A DNA stretch of 64,000 nucleotides from an uncultured Planctomycetales bacterium. Its GTDB lineage: Bacteria > Omnitrophota > Gorgyraeia > Gygaellales > Profunditerraquicolaceae. The stretch's first letter is position 1. Every line of letters begins with the position of its first letter. Shown here one piece after another: positions 59,201-64,000 of this stretch. The DNA is taken from the NCBI GenBank assembly GCA_964579435.1, contig CAZOGI010000001.1, forward strand, positions 157,907 to 221,906. The letters run 5' to 3'. The notes under the pieces were generated by a model, which worked only from the letters and a program-made list of their open reading frames with translations, searched no databases and was not told the origin of the DNA. The position numbers and the translations under genes are program-made.

Positions 59201-61489
59201 GAAGCGGCCCGGCGCGCACTGGGGTTTATGGCCGGCAACGCCGGATGGCTGCGCGAGCACAGTCGTCAGCTGCCCTTTGAAACGGTCCGCCTCCTGTTTT
59301 CGGGGACGCTGCAGGAACCGCTTCCGGCATTCGTTTGCGCGACCGCGCCGGTCGGCCATTTGGCGGAGCGCGGCGCACTGGCGGTGCAGCTCAATACCCT
59401 GCCCCGCGCCGTTACGGAATACATCATCGCCTATCTGCAAACCGTCCCGCCGGAAAAACAGTTTTCCTCTGTGCGCGGAATTAAAGAGATGGTGCGCAAC
59501 GGCGGCATGCTTCCCGAGGATACCCTGCAGGACTGGGAGCTGCTCTTGAACCGCTATATTGCGGATTTCGCCTTCCTTGCCTGCCGGCCGCTGATCCTCC
59601 TGCAGCGGCGGCTCTTTCGCGCCGAAGCCTTGCCCGAAGATGGGCTGCTCTCGATCGCTGCGACGGGAGAGGAGGGGGTTGCCCTCCTGGCCGCCCGGGT
59701 TGCGGCGATTAAAGAGGAGCTGTTCCTGCGCAGACAGATCCGCGAGCAGGACCTGCGACATCCGGCTTTTAAGGCGCTTGTTGCCTGGATAACCGGGTTT
59801 TCCAGCGCCAGTTGGGGCCACGGTAAGAACGAAGGGATGGAGTTGGATTATTTCCTTGAGCGGTTCAGGGCCACCGCGGCTCCTCCCCTTGATGCCGCGT
59901 TAACACAGGCGCCGCCTTCGTCTTTCAGCGTCCGCCCGGAAAGGATCGAGTTTACCGAGGATGAACGGCAGATGTATTCCCGCTATCAGCGTATTTTCTC
60001 TCGGGCGCTCTTGTTGTACCATCAGGCCGGATCCGCCGAAGCGACTCTTATCGTTCTGAAAGAGGAGGCGCGCAAAGAGCTCCTGCGGGCAACACGGGAG
60101 CTTGAGCGCTCACGCAAAGAGAGAGGGGCCGGCGCCGTTCTGGAGCATCTGGCCCGCCGGCAGCGGGCCTTCGAGCGCGCGCAGGCTGGCGTCGCCGCGG
60201 CCGCGACCCTCGAATCGTTCTGCTGGGAGATCGTCTCCGGCGTGCCCGAGGTTCTGGAGCACAGTCCGCTCCTGCAGGAACAGGTGATCGTCGCGCTCCT
60301 GCAGGAGGCTTTCCGTCAGGATCCCGCAGCCCTGGAGCGCATTGCCGAGATCGAGCAGGAAGAGCTCAGTATGCGTTCGCTTGACAAGATCCTTGCCTTC
60401 AAAAACGACTATTTCAATAAGATCGAACCGCCCAACTCGATCTTAAACGAACGGCCGCCCCAGGAGGCCAAGCAGATACTGCGGGTCTTTCGCGTGTCGA
60501 TTTTCGAACAGGTGTATGCGCGCACCAAAACCGTCTCACCGCCCGAAGAGGAGCCGTTGGTGCTGCGCGGATTTCTCACCCGGGATATCCTGGGTGAGCT
60601 GGCCGGGGACATCGGCGACGCCTGCTATACGGCGTTGCCGCACATCATGAATTACCCGGCGATGGTCGGAGCGCTCATCTTCACGACCGGGCAAGGGCTG
60701 GATGCGCGTTTTGCCGGGTCGGTCCTTGTCCTGAAGAATTCCGTTGCGGGAAAGCCGGTGTGGATCCTGCGCGGCATCAATCCGCAGGAAGATGTCGTCG
60801 CCGATTACAGCGCCGCGGATTTCCTGGACGGGGTTCTGCGCACCTGCGTGGAGCTGGCGCAGGCGTATAATGCCGCCCGCCCGCCGCAGGAGCAGGTACA
60901 CCGGATCCTGACCCCGGCTCTCGACGAAGGAGCTCTCAGCAATCAGCGCAAGATCAATTCCGTCGTCAAACAGCGGATTGGGCGCAGCCGGGCAGTTATT
61001 CTCGACCACAAAGAGACGTTTAATTTTCACGACATCACCGCTGCCTGTAAAGAATTGGCGACGATCGTCCCTGCTGCCCCGGAGGCGCGTGCGCAGGTCC
61101 CGGGGCCGCTCGTTGCGCAGTCGATTGCCTCATCCCCCGCGCCGGCGCCTCAAGGGCCTGAGACGCAGGTGGGGGGGATAGATCTTCGTTCATTGCCGAT
61201 GTTATCTGAGACGGGCTGGACGGCTGCGCCTGTTCCGGGGCGGGGAGGCGTAGATCTGGAACAGGAGTGGCGGCGTCTGCACCACCTGCTTTCTGCGGGG
61301 ATCGCGCCCTCCGCGCGCAGGATAGCGGATTGTGCCGCCGCCTGCAGCCGCAGCCCGGCGTTTCGCCAGGAATTCAGAGAGCGTCTTCTCGGCTGTATCA
61401 GTCAGACCTTGCTCATCCAGGAGCGGCGCGGGTGCGCTACCGAACCGCTCCTGCAGCGGGCGCTGATCCTTCTGGACAACGCCGAGTGA
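56285..61489 (+). CDS. giant secreted protein of unknown function (1734 aa) with a conserved N-terminal module of about 250 aa
   Basis: Signal peptide MPMHTTSVKKTATFILAGILLFAHS. Residues about 90-300 are about 65% identical to the downstream paralogue. The remainder is Ala/Leu/Arg/Glu-rich with no recognisable catalytic motif. Confidence 0.6.
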   Translation: MPMHTTSVKKTATFILAGILLFAHSLGPRALEAAALSPVSAETAWLPPGNASASLRGLSYEQGQNCFRLLFERAAIAGIGPAELDSLTRRFLNYFFIALALPEESFWVNLRPDKPDGIIDPALAQTAVGAILLETDLLLKQDTARATAPDTASGRLYWEKLYRKAQELYGSAQVSIPTLCRPWIVPEEIVMRMTAGNAYVYKATLKVMLEEDYIQDTSHLSPDTGVMRQYAFADERAKELNEYAAQLMRELVVPELTRKVNNGREYAALRQVYQALILAQWFKRTVRSGGAFAPLVNGGAPSSLRLRSPPDVRGYFRAYQRLVRQGAYDMRAGGYAGGERVARRYFSGGIVLRAGPAIDAGGFSGTSATFPPAGTAALTVEVEASMSAREVGQPQRIVAAVVQPQADAGIASDHHAGTTRAQHLAFHRGGDFATVLRWIAQEDLGLVAGSDGWFDLRRRLQEEPQRRLVFDGLDRRGQKRHTELRLESDGALVVVDSRLRKDHAGRGQFAVYARNEGKVVHELSELRSWAAYARDELGIITAAEIRDGKLGIRLRRWMNGLGEDEARDFSVGSFEISRRQKRIREKADTFHRDALIEEFVFWAKRQRLLGTAQTAWEQLQEVCAQAGTRPQELFRRYRAQEGVFEISPLMQALLTQTDLAKYNFFGLLFVTRQNLLSPLAVRIAAKMSTYPLVYDPDGLIDIEVRLVEYLRAALAANQELLGPEGVRECLATAAPVLSGFYPHMHQHPLAWVSRYTQAEMRIRVLLAVRSLEDLITDGRLPEELIAYLQEIGSLDPLIALADEKLLADFGMSLPVRMRALRQEYPDFVRRYRQRQALLPEPEEAEEEFDFIIASSGGAPEGEAAASAAALRSILAPHLLVPVDLELVLQAVERSPRREAALQAVTVLCREFVRNKVTPIDSALLLRSCAKSSSLSEAARLFAQHQRYLRVLRLDPQQQPAIVRAIALSAQPAEAARRALGFMAGNAGWLREHSRQLPFETVRLLFSGTLQEPLPAFVCATAPVGHLAERGALAVQLNTLPRAVTEYIIAYLQTVPPEKQFSSVRGIKEMVRNGGMLPEDTLQDWELLLNRYIADFAFLACRPLILLQRRLFRAEALPEDGLLSIAATGEEGVALLAARVAAIKEELFLRRQIREQDLRHPAFKALVAWITGFSSASWGHGKNEGMELDYFLERFRATAAPPLDAALTQAPPSSFSVRPERIEFTEDERQMYSRYQRIFSRALLLYHQAGSAEATLIVLKEEARKELLRATRELERSRKERGAGAVLEHLARRQRAFERAQAGVAAAATLESFCWEIVSGVPEVLEHSPLLQEQVIVALLQEAFRQDPAALERIAEIEQEELSMRSLDKILAFKNDYFNKIEPPNSILNERPPQEAKQILRVFRVSIFEQVYARTKTVSPPEEEPLVLRGFLTRDILGELAGDIGDACYTALPHIMNYPAMVGALIFTTGQGLDARFAGSVLVLKNSVAGKPVWILRGINPQEDVVADYSAADFLDGVLRTCVELAQAYNAARPPQEQVHRILTPALDEGALSNQRKINSVVKQRIGRSRAVILDHKETFNFHDITAACKELATIVPAAPEARAQVPGPLVAQSIASSPAPAPQGPETQVGGIDLRSLPMLSETGWTAAPVPGRGGVDLEQEWRRLHHLLSAGIAPSARRIADCAAACSRSPAFRQEFRERLLGCISQTLLIQERRGCATEPLLQRALILLDNAE
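56899..56991 (+). repeat. 93-nt segment near-identical (3 mismatches) to 62242..62334 inside the paralogous gene
   Basis: gaaggtgatgctggaggaggattatataca[a/g]gacacaagtcacctgtcacc[a/g]gacacc[g/a]gtgtgatgaggcagtatgcgttcgcggatgagcgg appears in both copies. Confidence 0.8.
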
Positions 61490-61645
61490 GCCTGCTTTGG
61501 AGCAAGCGCTTTCCGTAAAACCCGCCCCGCGTCTTGTATCACTTCTCCCAACGGCTATATTTATTATTGGCTGATAACCACCTTTTTCCGGAACGCTGCG
61601 CCTGCGCTGATTTGGTACGGCTGTTTCGGGATACGTCCTTTCCTT

Positions 61646-64000
61646 ATGGCTCGAAAAGCAATCTGTCTAGGGCTCTGCTGTATCCTGCTCCTGCAGCAAT
61701 CCGGGTTTACGCAAGCTGTGGCGCCGGCAAAGGCACCGGTGTTGCCGTTGCCGTCGAGCGCCTCGGGGGAACGGTTCAGGCCTGCGCACCTGCGGTCTCT
61801 GGGCTATGATGAGCGCCAAACGCACCTGGAGCTTATCGTTGACCGGGGAGATCAGAAACAGCCGGGCTCATCCGAAGCAACAGAAACGACCCGCCGCCTT
61901 CTTTCATTTTTCCTCATCGGCATCAGCCTGCCCGAGAGATCCTTCTGGGTGAACCTGCGTCCCGATACCCCGCAAGAGATCATTGATCCGCTTCTGGCCC
62001 AGACCGACGTCGGCAAGATCATGCTGGAGGCGGACCTGCAGCTCAAAAAAGATACGGCAGCCGCGACCTCTCCACAGACCCCGGGGGGGAAGGCGTATTG
62101 GGATAAACTGTACCGCAGGGCAGAAGAGCTTTTCGGCGGCAGCCGGATGTCCTTTCCCACTCTCTCTCGGCCCTGGATTGTCCCGGGGGAGATCATTGTG
62201 CGCGAGACTTCCCGGAACGCATACGTCTATAAAGCGACGCTGAAGGTGATGCTGGAGGAGGATTATATACGAGACACAAGTCACCTGTCACCGGACACCA
62301 GTGTGATGAGGCAGTATGCGTTCGCGGATGAGCGGCTCAGGCAGCTCAATGCCTACGCCGCGCAGCTGATGCGCGAGCTGATTATTCCGGAGCTGACGCG
62401 CAAAGTCAATACCGAGCGTTCGTATGCCCCGCTTCGCCAGGTGTATTATGCGCTGATCCTGGCGCAATGGTTTAAGCGGCGCTTCCGCGGCGCCGGCGGC
62501 CTTTACGCGGAAAGGATCGACAGCGCCGATCTGCTCGGTTTGCGCTCAGCGCAGACTGCCGACGTTCAGGAGTACTATAGGCGGTATCAACAATCGTTCC
62601 GGGACGGGGAATATCGTTTGCAGGCCCCTGCCTATTCGCTGTCCGGAAAAAGCGTGCGCCACTATTTTTCCGGGGGCATTCAGCCGCTCCCGTCCCAACT
62701 GCCGGCGCCCGGAAAATCCGAAACGCTTCCGGGCGGGGGGCTTTATTCCTCGGTTGATGCCAGCGCCCACAGGCGCTTGCCGCAGGACCCTGATCGCGGC
62801 CTGCGTTTTAGCGTCGGGGTGAGTCAAGCGCTGGCTCCTGTTCCGGGCCTGGAGCCGTCGGTTCCCGCAGCGGTCCCCGGGGCGCTGCTTGTCACCGCCG
62901 GGAGCACATACGCCCCAACGGCTTCTCCTCAAGAGAATGCGGAGGCGCTTGTGCGGCTGTTCCTGGGGATCGGTGCCGGCGAGGACCTCGCCGCAGCCCT
63001 CGAAGCGCAGTTTAAGGCCGATCCCACCGAGCTCCTCAACGCCGCGCGTGAAATGCAAGCGGCGCGCGCACTGCCATCTCTTTTTCAGGGCCGCAGGCAT
63101 TTCATCTCTTCGTTCTTTGCGGAAAACGACGCCGCAGGTGCCGCGGGCAAAGAGGTGCTGCAGGCGGCCGCCGAACGCCTTTTTGTTTTTCTTGTCGAAC
63201 ACATAGCCCAAGAAGATCATCAGCCGCCGGCTCCCGAAGCATCCCCAGAGGCGCTGATCCGCGCCGGCAACAAGGTGGTTCTTGAAGACGGAAGCAGCGT
63301 CCTCATAACCCACGCGATCAGCGTCGGCGAATCTCGCCCCGGGGAGCAGTCGCAAGACGGTCGCACTACGCGGCCTCAGGCGCACGCCTTCGGCGCCGAA
63401 GGCGTTTTTTACGGTCTCTACGTGCGCGACCGCGGCACCCGAACGATTTATCTGGATCGCGCCGGCCTTGCCGAACGCTTGCAGGATCCGCACCAGCGAC
63501 GGGCTTTTGCCCGCGTCCTGGGAAGGGAGTCATTCAGCATCGAAGATGCGGCGCGTTTCCTTGACGGACACGAGACGTTCCATGCCCTGGTTGATGAACT
63601 GCGTCTGCGGGAAGAGTTGCCCGAGATGAGCCAGGAGCAGGAGGAGGCATTGGCGGACCTGTTCGGCAGGGATTTTGCTTTCGGCGAGGTGACGCTGGAT
63701 ATTCGCCTGCAATCCTTGCTGACGAAGATGAGCAGGCTGCTGCGGGTGGATGTCGCGCGGGTGCTGCGCAAGAGAGGAACGATCGAAGAGGCGCTCGGCT
63801 ATCTGGGCATCTTTGTTTCCCTGGAGTGGTCGGTCTCCGGCAGCGAGCTTGCCCGCCTTGCCCGGGCGCCTGCGCCGGCGGGAGAGCGGCTGGTACGGCC
63901 TTTCCTGGTGACCGAGCGTACGGCCCTGACCCCTACGCCTAACCGCCGCGATAACGCTTTTGAAGACATGATCGCCCGCTCCAGCTCGCGTTCGCGCGCG
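61646..64000 (+). CDS. paralogue of the giant secreted protein (5' part only, open to window end)
   Basis: ATG 61646, signal peptide MARKAICLGLCCILLLQQSGFTQA. Open in the same frame as the upstream gene through position 64000. Shares SFWVNLRPD...YVYKATLKVMLEEDYI.DTSHLSPDT.VMRQYAFADER...LILAQWFKR. Not in the ORF track (no stop in window). Confidence 0.55.
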   Translation, partial: MARKAICLGLCCILLLQQSGFTQAVAPAKAPVLPLPSSASGERFRPAHLRSLGYDERQTHLELIVDRGDQKQPGSSEATETTRRLLSFFLIGISLPERSFWVNLRPDTPQEIIDPLLAQTDVGKIMLEADLQLKKDTAAATSPQTPGGKAYWDKLYRRAEELFGGSRMSFPTLSRPWIVPGEIIVRETSRNAYVYKATLKVMLEEDYIRDTSHLSPDTSVMRQYAFADERLRQLNAYAAQLMRELIIPELTRKVNTERSYAPLRQVYYALILAQWFKRRFRGAGGLYAERIDSADLLGLRSAQTADVQEYYRRYQQSFRDGEYRLQAPAYSLSGKSVRHYFSGGIQPLPSQLPAPGKSETLPGGGLYSSVDASAHRRLPQDPDRGLRFSVGVSQALAPVPGLEPSVPAAVPGALLVTAGSTYAPTASPQENAEALVRLFLGIGAGEDLAAALEAQFKADPTELLNAAREMQAARALPSLFQGRRHFISSFFAENDAAGAAGKEVLQAAAERLFVFLVEHIAQEDHQPPAPEASPEALIRAGNKVVLEDGSSVLITHAISVGESRPGEQSQDGRTTRPQAHAFGAEGVFYGLYVRDRGTRTIYLDRAGLAERLQDPHQRRAFARVLGRESFSIEDAARFLDGHETFHALVDELRLREELPEMSQEQEEALADLFGRDFAFGEVTLDIRLQSLLTKMSRLLRVDVARVLRKRGTIEEALGYLGIFVSLEWSVSGSELARLARAPAPAGERLVRPFLVTERTALTPTPNRRDNAFEDMIARSSSRSRA

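Noticed and set aside
56267-63771. Numerous antisense and alternate-frame ORFs (for example 56267..56941, 58880..59821, 62546..63493, 28891..31899)
   Set aside because: Typical spurious open frames in high-GC DNA. They lie opposite well-conserved genes and carry no recognisable motifs.

Overview
High-GC (about 63%), gene-dense bacterial chromosomal window containing the replication origin. Positions 1-45393 form one uninterrupted array of more than 50 minus-strand genes, with many start/stop overlaps (ATGA-type junctions). Positions 45674 onward are all plus-strand: dnaA, dnaN, a DciA-like DUF721 gene, gyrB, gyrA, tRNA-Glu, glmS, rsmI and a giant secreted protein. The switch occurs at rpmH<-|->dnaA, with AT-rich stretches upstream of dnaA and between dnaA and dnaN, a typical oriC arrangement. 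Recognisable minus-strand content includes rpmH-yidD-yidC-jag(N), parAB, ndk, yicC-gmk-rpoZ-coaC, three tRNAs (Cys, Leu, Val), thrS-infC-rpmI-rplT, trkA-trkA-trkH, pheS-pheT, and a GT39 glycosyltransferase. It also includes a 5-formyl-THF cyclo-ligase with an MTHFR-C-like gene, rny-ymdB, xseAB, dxs, korDABC and gltX. The unusual items are: (1) an unannotated structured ncRNA of about 177 nt, bounded by a perfect sigma70 promoter and a U-run terminator and sitting upstream of a 5-formyl-THF cyclo-ligase gene, so a candidate 6S RNA. (2) An overlapping operon combining a tRNA-binding protein, YkgJ, DUF2156, a DnaQ-exonuclease-WYL fusion, a HypF reduced to its C-terminal Kae1-like domain, HypC and HypD, with no hypE, hypA or hypB nearby. 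(3) No rnpA between rpmH and yidD. (4) A PilZ protein with a glycoside-hydrolase-like C-terminus next to a TPR/DUF3857/transglutaminase lipoprotein. (5) Two tandem same-frame paralogues of a giant secreted protein that share an uncharacterised N-terminal module of about 250 aa and a 93-nt near-identical DNA segment. Several housekeeping proteins are domain-minimised: PheT lacks its N-terminal tRNA-binding domain, ThrRS lacks TGS, Jag has only its N domain, and CoaC is present without CoaB. No CRISPR array, IS element or prophage signature was seen.
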